Source: Yuukianura sp. NJ FZ-2021 (Eukaryota). Taken from it: a stretch of 64,000 bases of DNA. Below are positions 52,961 to 64,000 of the stretch, piece by piece (positions within the stretch are counted from its first letter, which is position 1; each line of letters starts with the position of its first letter). The notes under the pieces are model-generated. The model saw only the letters and a program-made list of their open reading frames with translations, was not told the DNA's origin and ran no database searches. A program made the translations under genes and the position numbers. Location of the stretch: NCBI GenBank assembly GCA_046563655.1, contig CM102288.1:1798001-1862000 (forward strand), written 5' to 3'.

Positions 52961-53979
52961 ATGGCATCTTCAGTTATCACTCAAGAGGAACAACCAATCT
53001 CAAGAACTTACCAATACAGAAAGGTAAACTACAAATTTCAAGTTTTCAAAAAAAAAATCCAATTTCGTTTCAAAATTTCCATTTTCGTAAAAACCACGTA
53101 GTAGAACTTACGCAATGGAACTACTATGTTTGGCTTGATTGCACAATTCCACTGAAAAAAAAACGAGAATTGACAATTTCTGAAGAAAAAATTGTGAAAG
53201 TAGAAAGAATTGGTGAAAGTCGGAGAAAATACAGAGAGTTTTTTTTTGTGAAAACAAAAATACCGGGTTTTCTTTTCTACTTTTTCGGACTTTCTGTTTT
53301 CGTTTCTTTTTTTTCTAAATTTTGAACTTTTTTTTGACTTTAGGTTATGAAACCTATGTTGGAGCGGAAGCGTCGTGCTCGAATCAACCGATGTCTGGAC
53401 GAACTGAAAGAGTTGCTCGTCGGTGCACTTCAAGCCGAAGGTGAAAGTGTTTCCCGCTTAGAGAAAGCAGACGTTCTGGAGCTCACTGTGCGCCATCTAC
53501 ACAAACTACGCAGGTCACATCAACTTTCAGAAAATGTCGCCGCAGATCGATTCCGAGCCGGATTTTCACACTGTGCCAATGAAGTAGCCAAGTACGTGTC
53601 AACAGTTCCCTCTGCCATGGACGTCACAATCTCCGCTAGACTGCTGAACCACCTCGATGGCTGTCTTCGTCCCACCAATCAAGTTCAAGTAGTTGACCCA
53701 CCAAATGGTGGCTTCAGTCCCACCCAAAATCATGGTCCGCACCCACAACGCTCATCGCCACGCCTTGTCATCACGAACTACAACACGCCACCGTCGTCAC
53801 CCCAAGGTTCGTCCGTTATGTCACCAGTTGGGTACAACAAACCGAGTCCTGCGCATGCTCAAGCAGCTTTCTGGCCAATGACCTACGCCCATCCAAAACA
53901 CGAGGTCAATGACCTTGAGATGATGCACAGCGAAGAGCCGTTTGACCTCTCCAGCGGATCTGTCTGGCGACCATGGTGA
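52961..53979 (+). CDS. E(spl): Enhancer of split bHLH-Orange-WRPW repressor (m-beta/bHLH1-like), 232 aa; exons 52961-53023 and 53344-53979
   Basis: [51 protein letters not shown]; Orange domain [17 protein letters not shown]; terminal VWRPW*; K-box core TGTGAT at 54518-54523. Confidence 0.96.
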
Positions 53980-56572
53980 CTTCCAGCGATTATGTTCAGC
54001 GATCAGCGATTTTCAGTGACAAAGAAACAGCAACCAGCCTAATCATGCCCAGCCATTAATCAATTAATTAACTAATTTAATTAGTTAATTTATTTAAAAA
54101 GGTCCATCCAAACTTCGAGTGTCTTTCAAGAACAACTTTCACTGTGTAAACTTTTTTCCTTGGAGAAAGTCAAGTGCCTTGTCAAATCACTTCCAAGTTA
54201 AAAGTTTTTAGACAATGCAGGAAATTTTATTTTAAAAATTTAACTTTTAAGGTTAATTATTCTTAGTTTATTTTTAAGTTTAGTTATTTTTTCATTTATG
54301 AAAACAAGAAAGCGTTAATTGACAATCATGTCTTAAGTTTAAGGAAACTTTAAGTTGAAGAGCCATTCAGCTTTTGTTTTTACTTTTAAGTTTTACAATT
54401 AAGTTTTTAATTTTAATTTACATTAATTTTTAGTTAGTTAAACAGTCAACTTCAGTTTGAATCAAGAAATGCGTGTGCTGACAATCAAATCATTTTAGGA
54501 AAAGAATCAGTTGTAATTGTGATTTCTTTAACTTTTAACGGGGAAAAGTTTTTTGAAACTTAAAAAACGTAAATTGCTAAAAAAGTCGAAATTATGACCA
54601 ACATTTTCTAAAGAAAATTTTTTGTACAAAGTTCCTCTGAAGTTAGTTTTTACAAAAGCCAACTTCCATGTAATCAGTAACTACAATTGAAATTGTTAGT
54701 AACTTAAATACGTCAATTATTTAAGTTTTATTAAAACTTTTCTGTAAGAAAAACTTTACTTCCGACTTTCTCCGGATTTTTTACTTTCATCAACAAAAGT
54801 TTTGCGAAGAATTTTTAAACAATTTCGAAAAAGATTTTCGAAAAATTTCTGATTCCACATTGTAGCAAATCGTACGAAGAATTCCGTCGTTAGGTAGAAT
54901 TTTTTTTTTTTTTTTCGCAGTTGTTGTTTTTTTTTCTCGCAAATTTAGAATTTGCGTAGTGTTTTCCTTTTCCGCAGCTTTTTTTTTCAGAGAGAACGAC
55001 AACTACGTCGTTATTCAATTCAACACGGGAAAGTTTTTTAAAATTTCCTTCCATATTTTTTCAACGCGTCACTAGAAATAGACGTCTGTCGTATTCCGAC
55101 AGTTATTTTCATCACTTCGTCTTGCCGTAATGGTTTGCGTTATACATGGTGGAGCTGAGCCACCATGGTGGGGCTGCATCTCTGTGCATACGTCAGGTCA
55201 CCTTGAAATCAGTATGGATTATGTCATCTTATGAAATGTCGGGTCATAAGTCAGTGTTTCAGCCCCACCCTGGCACAAATTGTCGCCAAGTATCAATTTC
55301 CTCGGATTTTGGCATTCGCTAAAAACCATAAGTCCGGTGATCTGATGCAAAATTGGAAAAGTTATACAAATTTCTGCGGAACTTGTTTTTGAAAAATTTC
55401 CAGAGGCGACGCCTAGTTTTAGGTTAACTTTGGCTGATTACTGGGCATGACGATTGTTATGGCTCAATTCTGCGGAACGCGGGTCCTCAATGACTTCGCT
55501 GGCTATGTGCTGGTTCTGCAGAACTTCATTGTGGAAAGCCTGCTGCTTTACAAGTGACGACAATGTGGTTCAATCCATTATCTTGTACATTTTTTGTGTC
55601 ATAATCTAGACCACTTGTGCCATGGACACTCGTCCTGGATTGCTGCTGTGGATTACATTTGTATTTGGATATGAAATGTACCTCATGCCTTCCAGTTCCA
55701 TCAAACAATTGGTTATTATTCCAATTACACTGGGCAAAATGATAAACCTCATCCAGAACCACACTCCAGCTTCCCACCACCAATTCTATGCACTCCAATT
55801 CCCCCGCACCCGAACTCTATTTGTTCTAAAACACTCAATTTATAAATTCAAAGAAGTTTTTAGAAAAATATTTCAAACAAAAAACTTCCGAAAAAGTGTT
55901 GGAAAAAATATGAATTTCTCAGATCGAGATTCCAGATGCTGAACAGAACAAAAGAGAATTTTCACTCAATAAAAATTATGCATAAGTTGGACGCCAATCA
56001 AAAAAATTCCTACTTTCACCTACAAAAATTTTTTGGGTGAAAGTTTTTCTGGGTCTTTCTACCCCAATTATTGAAGCTTGGAAGTTGAAACTTCCTTTTT
56101 GAAGTTCATGGTGAGTTGCATTTCGAGGAAAGCATTGTTTTGTTTTAAAAATGTTTAGAAAAAGTAGTTTTAAACCGAATTTGAACTGAAAAAAAATGAA
56201 AGGAAGAATTGGTTATTGGACTGTTGATTGATTTGACCGGTCAGAAGCACCTTGATCTGGTCTTAGGAAGATCCGCATGTGGGAGATCTCTGAGCAAAAA
56301 TCGCAGAAAGTTGTTATTCTCCTATACTTTATGAATCCTAATTACTCACGTGCTCCTCCCATCTTCAGCAGAGATCATCTTGAGGAGGATGCTGATGCAG
56401 GGAAGAAGACAGGTGAGTTAATTGGAAGGTTGAGGCTATTTTTTGTGTCTCTCTTGTGGCAGTGGAGTCTCTCGCCTGCCTGAGTCATAGAGATTAGGTT
56501 AGGCTGAAGTGGTTTCGTAAACAAGGACCGACTAACTGCTTCCCTTCTTCCTTTGAAGATCATTCCAACGTC

Positions 56573-56604
56573 TGTGGGAATGGAAACGAAGACGCGTTCC
56601 CACG
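56573..56604. promoter_or_regulatory. Canonical paired Su(H) site downstream of the complex
   Basis: TGTGGGAA-N16-TTCCCACG. Confidence 0.8.
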
Positions 56605-56784
56605 CTCCTTCACTAAGAGCCCAAGGCATCTTAACATCCCATGGCACTCTGCCCATTGTCTCCTTTAACAATCACACCCCACCCCCCTCCGTCAAGACCC
56701 CCCTTCACATCCATTAACCAAAATAATCCTCACCCACTTGCTCCTGGACCTACGTTCAGCCCACCTCACGACCGTAGCAGTGGT

Positions 56785-57094
56785 CATAACAGCCAAATCA
56801 AAAACAGTCGATACCAAAAAAGCCAATTTCCAAAACAGTTGGTGTCATAAGAGCCAATTCCAAAATAGCCAATTGATAAAACATCGCACAACAAGACTTT
56901 AGTACTTTAACTTTAACTTCCTTAAATTGGGTTAGGTAAGTTTAGCACTTGTAAATTCAGTTTTCAAAACGACTTGTTTGTAGGTTTCTTGATTTATTTT
57001 AACAATTGGCGCTTTTGGATTTGTCGTTTATGGCCTCGTTTTCTTAAGGAAATTGGCTGTTTTGGCATTGGCTCTGTTTGATTTGGCTGTTATG
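56785..57094. mobile_element. MITE/foldback-like element with ~90-bp imperfect inverted arms made of ~15-bp subrepeats
   Basis: cataacagccaaatcaaa...gccaattg pairs with caattggc...tttgatttggctgttatg. Confidence 0.7.
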
Positions 57095-58530
57095 GCATGG
57101 AACTCCACACAACTTCCTAAACCTTAAAATCTAAGCTTTTGAGGCTTAGCCTAACGTTAGCCTAACCGACTGAGTTGGCGCATGAACCTCAAAGGAACAA
57201 TTGATGCACCTCATTCATACTTGAGTACTGGTGATAACTACTCATTTTCCAAACCACTTCCCAAAAGTACCTCTGAGATGCTGAGCAGCATGATGCTGCC
57301 CAGGAATTCCTTTCGGAAGACACACGACGAACGACACACCCTTTGTTAGTTGAGCAAATGAACTGACTCACTTAAGTTATACGTTAGGCGATTAGGTTAT
57401 TATGAAAAAACAACGCTTAAGTTATGTTTTGGACCACAAGACAAGAGGAATGTAGTTGATCTAATTGCTTTTAAGAACGCCAATTCATAATCATAAGTTA
57501 AGAATTTGTGCGAAATTTTGAAATAGGAGTGACTTCGATGGCGGTTTCTCTCTGCTTGAGTGAGCAAAGGATGCGACAGGAAGTGGGATGATTTTGAAAA
57601 ATTATGATTTTATGGGTTGAAATTTTTCAAAAAGTTGTGGAGCAAGTCTTGTATTGCCAATTTGGTTTTGTTTTAGGGACCAATTAAAGGCTGATCTGAT
57701 TCACCGGAAGGCTTTGACTTGAGGAGACCAAAATTGGTCAAGCAATAAATTTTTGATGGTGCTTGTGTTATTGCAATTCGGTCAAGTTAAATGGTCTCAA
57801 TTTCAGAAAATTAAAGAGTAACAGGCGTGAAATTGTAATTAATTGTAGTGCAAAGGAAGGTAACATACAGTTTTGATAAAGAAATCAAAATTGATCAGCC
57901 TCATCTTGCTTTTGCTTCTGTACTTCTCGTAACTTCATCTTGAGAAATAACGGAAGCAGGTCACTACTGCGCAAACTGAACTCTGGGTGAATCAAGATGA
58001 TTGTCTTTCTTTTAAAAAGGCAGTTTCTATTTCAAAATTATGTATAAATTGGAAATGATTGAAATGAACTTGCAAAAAACAACAAGAAAAATAACAGCAT
58101 CCGAATTCCGAAGACTCGACTCGTAAATTTTTGTGTGAGACTTTATACTGGGTTATATTTAATTTGGAATCATTTTTATTAAAAATTATAAATTCTAAAA
58201 TTACGTTTTCGAGATTTTTTCAATTTTATATATTTAGGGATTTGATTGGGTTTAGAGTGGCCGACGCTTTGAGCTGGCTCTGCAATCTAGTGGCGTTGAT
58301 TCACAACAATTGCGGAATTTTTGGAAAGCAGAGAGTGAAAGTTGTATGTTTTGTTTGTGGAAAAGTGTAAAGAAAAATAGGCTATGGACGACACAGTAAC
58401 TACGTCTCACCGCATAAGTTAGAATTTTTCAGTCATAGGAAAACACCTGCGACGTAAGGTAAAATTATATTATTTCTGCATGCAATTACTATTGGCTGAA
58501 TTGGGGTGAACCGAATTCGTATATCCAAAA

Positions 58531-58855
58531 TTCAACTGCTTTGGTTTTTAAATTTTACATGAACGCCTCAACGGAACCCACCAAAACATTATCCTACCAT
58601 TATTGATGGGAACATTTTGGTGTAAGCCCTAGGCGGCAGGAGCTCTTGGGATAAAATTTCGAGAGTAGGATTTTAAATGTCGGAAAAATCAAAATTTGTG
58701 CATTTCAACTTCAACCGCTTCGGTTTATAAATTTCACATGAACGCCCCAATGAAACCCACCGAAACGTGATCCCACCATTGCATTCGTGGCAACATTTTG
58801 GTGTAAGCCCAAGACGGCAGTAACTCTTGGGAAAAAAAAATTCGAGAGTATGAAT
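58531..58855. repeat. Diverged direct repeat with ~180-bp period (2 copies plus a fragment near 58944)
   Basis: acatgaacgcc..acccacc..aacattttggtgtaagccc..ctcttggga..ttcgagagta is present twice. Confidence 0.8.
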
Positions 58856-61708
58856 TGTCGGCAAAAGTGAAAAAGTCATGTCTTTCCATTTTGGAATTTC
58901 AAACAAATGCCCAAAATGTGGTGTTCCAAAATGGAACGTTAAACCATTCGTGGCAACATGTTGTTGATTGTCTATAAAGCCCACATAAGTCATGAAAAAA
59001 AAATCGTATTTCGAATTTTTGTGCAGTCTCGAAGAGAGAATGAACCAAAAGGTTGAGCATAAACTAATCTAGGATGACTAAAACAGATCTTGGGCGAAGC
59101 CCCAGCTGACATTCTCAGCATGCTTTGTAATATGTATGGTGGGAAGCGTAGTTGCTGGGTGGGTTTGTTATGGTAAACATAGCGTGGTTTTTCCTTTCCT
59201 CTTTGCAATGTCTTGTTGTTGCAGAGGGCTTGAGGGGAGACTGCGTGGTAAAGTCCACGACACAAATCCATTTCCCAACAAAACAACAAACACACACTCC
59301 TAGCCACATCTCTTCTTCCTAACATCATACAGCATCAGTAATCAATAACAATCAATTACTAAACGGTAAAGGCATCGATAACTTCATAATCAAGCACTGA
59401 ACGAGACTGAGGACACACTTCAAACCAAGCACATCACAATTTACTCAAGGTAAGATATCCAACTCTTATATTCAGTAAGATACCAATCGTTAAGTTTAGT
59501 ATCTCTGTTTATGTGTGTGTGAACGTGAAGCAGGCATGCAAATTCAAGGTTCGAACCGACCTAACGGTAAAGTTCAACTTACTCGCTCGAATCAGTTATG
59601 TTTATGTATCACACAGTAGGTATAGGTTTATTTCTTGAATTTGATTTGGGAGAAATTAGTCATGTCCAAAAGTATACGAAAAGTATTAAGATTACTTACT
59701 ACAAAAGAATGACGAATACAGTTGATGATGCATAGTTAATCCATTTTTTTCTGGTGCAGGTAATGGGCAGTATACACTCGTTCGTCATTTCTACGTTATT
59801 GTTGGATACCATTTCCACTTTGAAACGTTGAGCCAAAAACGTTAGCGTTGCATAATCCATCTCGAATTTTCCAGAACGCCGAGTTGCCATGTTGTGATCA
59901 TGACATGACGTCATAATGGTGTTCCACGTTTTCGTTTTTTACAGTACCGATTTTCGCATAAATTCAAATTTGAAGTTAAAATTCATTTACTAATGGAAAA
60001 TATTTATAATTTTTTCCAAAAAAAAAAAAAAGTCAACTCATTATGTTTCCAATTTTCCATTCGTAAATATTTATATCAAAATTTTGTGTGTAAAATGCAA
60101 CGTTAACGTTACTTGTAGCAAGAATTACTGAAACGAAAGGGCATATGCCTGCATCGCGTGTAGAATCTTAATCTTTCGGGCATGAATTTAAGAGCTTTGG
60201 AGAAAATCGAAGTGGTATCATCTTCCAATCCTAATCTTAGGCTCGCGTTTTCTCCATCACATTTTTTATGTTCCTAATAACACTATTTTGAATGAATATG
60301 GCTGGCCAGATTTAGGAGAATATCCTAGTGAGTCGTTAGGCAACACAACTTTGACGCTAAATTGCTTTCTTAGGAGATGACAAGGGCAAGGCGGTCATTC
60401 AATTTTAGTAAATGGGTTCATGTTCATAGTCTCCTCTTCTGAATTCAGAGCATCCCAAAATCTCCCGGGTATTCTGCAGACGAAGGAACCCAGACATCAG
60501 ACATAGGCAAAGATACAAGCAGGCAAAAGTTAGATCTGTGAAAAGCAAACTTTCTCTTAGCTTTACTAGGATGCTGGGAAAGTATTGTGTTGTTCGAGAG
60601 TTTAGGCCTAGGTTTTTTACTATGGGGGGACAACATAGGCAGTATGCTGCTGTAAGCATAGGATTTGTGAGGTGACCTTGGATCAACAGCACCTCACGAA
60701 TTCGGGGAAAGCAACAGGATGATTTCAGGGAAAAAACCTAAACTGAATTTGCTCAAACCCGGCCGACTTTCACTCCTTTCCTGGAGCTTTTTCATCTAAA
60801 AGCTTTTTCCAAACTTATGTCTATGTTAGAGTATCCAGAAAAGTTGTTCTTTCTTGAACTTTGGTGGGTCGATGGTTGCTTCGCTACAAAGTTCAATATT
60901 CGTGGTGAACTGACTAGAAACTATGCTTGTGACGTGGCATAGCAAACGAAACTGTTCGATCAAAGTGGATATGGAGTGACACATGTGGGATTGGCATTAG
61001 GTTTCGGAAAAGAGACAATTTAGTTATGACTAAATTGGCCCAATTCAATTCAATTGATTTTTGGAAACAATTCAATTTTTTTTTTATTTTTTTTTATGTG
61101 CCAAAAAAGACAATAAGGTTTGAATTTTAAGTTTGAGCTAATCTGGAATTTTGCAATAATTTTTTTGTGAACAACGGAAATACCTACGGTTTGAACCATT
61201 GTAGTGCCCAATTGACCAATCACGAATTGTTGTGCATATAACATGTTGTTTTTACTTTTTTTTTTGTTTTTGTTCATACGTATGTGTATCAGGCATAAAA
61301 ATTGTATTTTGCAATTGTTGATTACACAAGAAGTGGTTGAGATTATCGTAGTAGAAAGCTGCTGTTATCTTGTGCCATTTTTTAATTATAGGCTTACAAG
61401 GTTCTGGCTTTTTGGTTCCCCTCATAACAGAAGCGCGTGTCTAAATTAGACACACGTCCTCTTGCTTAAAAGGTTGTGCAAAAACAGCAAGTTCAACTTT
61501 GTTTAAAACTTTGAGTCCAGGCAGGATGCAGGGGAATTGGCAAAGTTTGTGTATACATATGAACATTTTGGAAATGGATTTTTATGTTGTGTATTATGTT
61601 GGCTCTGACCCTGAATTCCCATTTTGTCTGTTTACATTTGAGAGTTTGGTGCGCGTGTTGTGCGGTTATACATGTCTAGAAGAAATTAAGTATAACACAA
61701 CCATGGCA

Positions 61709-62306
61709 AAAGGATATGGCCCAAAGTCCATAAGAAAGTTGTCCCGGTGGTATTCGAATGAAATTTTTACCAGTTGTTAGGGTCAATACTGGGATTATAT
61801 TTGCAAATTTTCAGACTCCTAGAAACGATAGGTCACGGGTAATGGGGGGTCAAAGGTCACCATGTCATCCTATGACGACCCCATGCAAGTAGCATATCGT
61901 TGGAACGGGCTTGACCTCCTGATTCAGGATATGTATATATGTCGTTATCTACGACGTAAGACAACAAAGTTACTGCGATTTTAATTTTAAAGCCCATATC
62001 GCAATTGATCTCCAATTTCCGACTGCGATATATTATATGGAGTAACTTTGTTGTCTTACGTCGTAGATAACGACATATATACATATCCTGAATCAGGAGG
62101 ACAAGCCCGTTCCAACGATATGCGACTTGCATGGGGTCGTCATAGGATGACATGGTGACCTTTGACCCCCCATTACCCGTGACCTATCGTTTCTAAGAGT
62201 CTGAAAATTTGCAAATATGATCCCAGTATTGAACCTAACAACTGGTAAAAATTTCATTCGAATACCACCGGGACAACTTTCTTATGGACTTTGGGCCATC
62301 TCCTTT
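61709..62306. mobile_element. Foldback/MITE element: two 266-bp inverted arms with a 66-bp spacer
   Basis: 61709-61974 is the reverse complement of 62041-62306, with about 6 mismatches counted by eye. Confidence 0.92.
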
Positions 62307-63782
62307 ACTAACTAGGAGGAGGTATTGTGCATGCCTGGTTGATAAAATTTTCCTTTTGTTCTGTGTTTTATGTAATAGTCTTACCTAACTAATACTTCCA
62401 AGTATTATACTTGAAAGTGGATTTATGGAACAGAGTTTGTCCTTAAGCTTCTCCTAACCTACGTAGCATATTTTAGAATAGAGTGACTAGAAGGTTTAGT
62501 TAGGTTTAGTTTTTGTTAGGTTGAGGCTATAACATTGCTAATGTTGTTGGGGAAGTGTGTATCCATGTTTATACTTTGGCAAAAGTCGACCTTGATTTTT
62601 TTTTTTGCTAAACTAAATGCTTCTCTCTAGTGCGACTGTTTGTGTTTTGTGTAGTCAGTTTCTATGTGCTAAAAAGCACTTGACGACTATATTCAGTCAG
62701 TAGAGAGAGAAGGGCACGGGCACTAAAAAGTTTTTTTTTGGAAGAGTTATACCATAGTTTAGTAAAAGAGTCTAAAAAGTAGGATTCTATCATTGATTGA
62801 ACTGTAGGGAAAGCAAAGTTGTTGGGCTGCTTAAAAGTAGTATAGGTTAGGTTTTATGTGCAAGAGTGTTTACTGGGGAAGGAGGTGGGTGCTTTAGAAG
62901 GTTGTTCATTTAAGCTTGTTGCTTCTGCTCTTCCAGTTCCTTTGGACATCCAGTGGAGACCGGTGATTCGGAAATTTAAGTGTAATTCATCTCTGAAGCC
63001 GACGAGAGGATTTGATCAAATAGCGCTGGAAGGAGCAGCAGCGCTGGAACTGGAACAAATCTTCTCGCCTTACTTTTTTTTTTCTCTGAGTAGTTGGTGT
63101 CGTTCTTTGTACTTTTGGTTAAGGTCGTGGTCTTTTCCATCTCCTCCAGTTTCACTTTGGCCAAAGTTGTTCTTGTCCTTGTGGTTTTTTGTTATCGACC
63201 TTGTTTTGACCGTGTCTCACAACGTCAGCAACGAACCAGCGTTTCAATTGATTCCACGTATGTGGAACTAATCTTGGTGGGATAGAGCAGGAACGCTGAA
63301 AACGCTTGAGAGAGGCAACGAATTTGAAAATTTCAAAGTGAAATTGAGAAGATTGAATTTTAGAAGAAATTTTAAAAAACGATTGTTGAAGATGCTGATG
63401 AAATATAAAAGGTTTAAGCAGGAAACGAGCAGCGGGTTGGAAGGGAAAGTAAGTTCAAATTCAAAATGGGTTTCAAATTTTTTGATTTTTTTTTTGAAAA
63501 ACGAGAAATGAGAATCAATGGCAGGGTCACATACGTTATGCGTGTAGACGTTAAGCTAGTTTGACCTTGGAGAGTATGAAATTCGAAAACAAGGTCAAGA
63601 GTAGCGTTGTTTTCGTCAACACTCCAGAAGAGATTGAGGATCGATTTTGTTTTGTCTGATGGGAGAAATTAAATTTTACGTTAGAAAATGGTATAATGGA
63701 CTCCACGTTTTTGTTTAATTTGGATAGACTCTTTATTGGCACTAATTTACTAATGAAATTTTAATTACTTTGTGAATTATAG

Positions 63783-64000
63783 ATGGCATCAATGGGAATG
63801 TCGAGTGTGGAACACGATGCTCTAGCACTTCTGGCACTCAAATCAGCTCCAATGACAAGTGAAATGCCTAGAAGAATGAGTTGGTCTTCAGATCATCTGA
63901 TGAACACGAAATCACCAATTGCTCGACTAGAAACACGGGATTTTGAGTATTTGATCCGAAGTCGCAGAATTGTCGTCGGAAGAAACTCGTCAAGTGGAAC
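63783..64000 (+). CDS. FoxK: Forkhead box K protein, N-terminus and start of the FHA domain (runs off the window)
   Basis: MASMGMSSVEHDALALLALKSAP (FoxK N-terminal ALLAL-SAP motif) and IARLETRDFEYLIRSRRIVVGRNSSSG (FHA). Confidence 0.88.
   Translation, partial: MASMGMSSVEHDALALLALKSAPMTSEMPRRMSWSSDHLMNTKSPIARLETRDFEYLIRSRRIVVGRNSSSG

Noticed and set aside
61857..62153. 98-aa ORF in the large palindrome
   Set aside because: By-product of the inverted repeat, with no transposase motifs
1..64000. CRISPR arrays, tRNA/rRNA genes, autonomous transposase or reverse transcriptase, prokaryotic operons
   Set aside because: None seen by eye; repeats lack spacer architecture and the sequence is clearly eukaryotic with spliceosomal introns

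Overview
Intron-rich, AT-rich eukaryotic DNA, very likely from an arthropod. Short 55-100 bp GT-AG introns, TTAGG-like tracts and the gene content point to a compact-genome hexapod such as a springtail (inference). The left 37 kb is gene-dense: IDE (partial), PGS1, TDP1, an integrin alpha, a Neto-like CUB-CUB-LDLa receptor, DRG2, ABHD11, a multi-TM protein, an orphan macrodomain-like gene, a C2H2 zinc-finger gene, a frameshifted BCAS2 duplicate, a 77-aa orphan and BCAS2/SPF27. The right 27 kb is gene-poor and regulatory. It holds an Enhancer-of-split complex: two intron-containing bHLH-Orange-WRPW genes flanking a highly divergent Bearded-like gene, with five head-to-head Su(H)/CSL site pairs, proneural and ESE E-boxes, K/Brd boxes and many DR1 elements. 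Several MITE/foldback elements follow, then the start of FoxK. Best leads: the E(spl)-C with its cryptic Bearded-like gene, a probable non-AUG (AUA) mitochondrial isoform of IDE, and the possibly horizontally acquired macrodomain-like gene. Exon boundaries were read by eye; no database searches were run.
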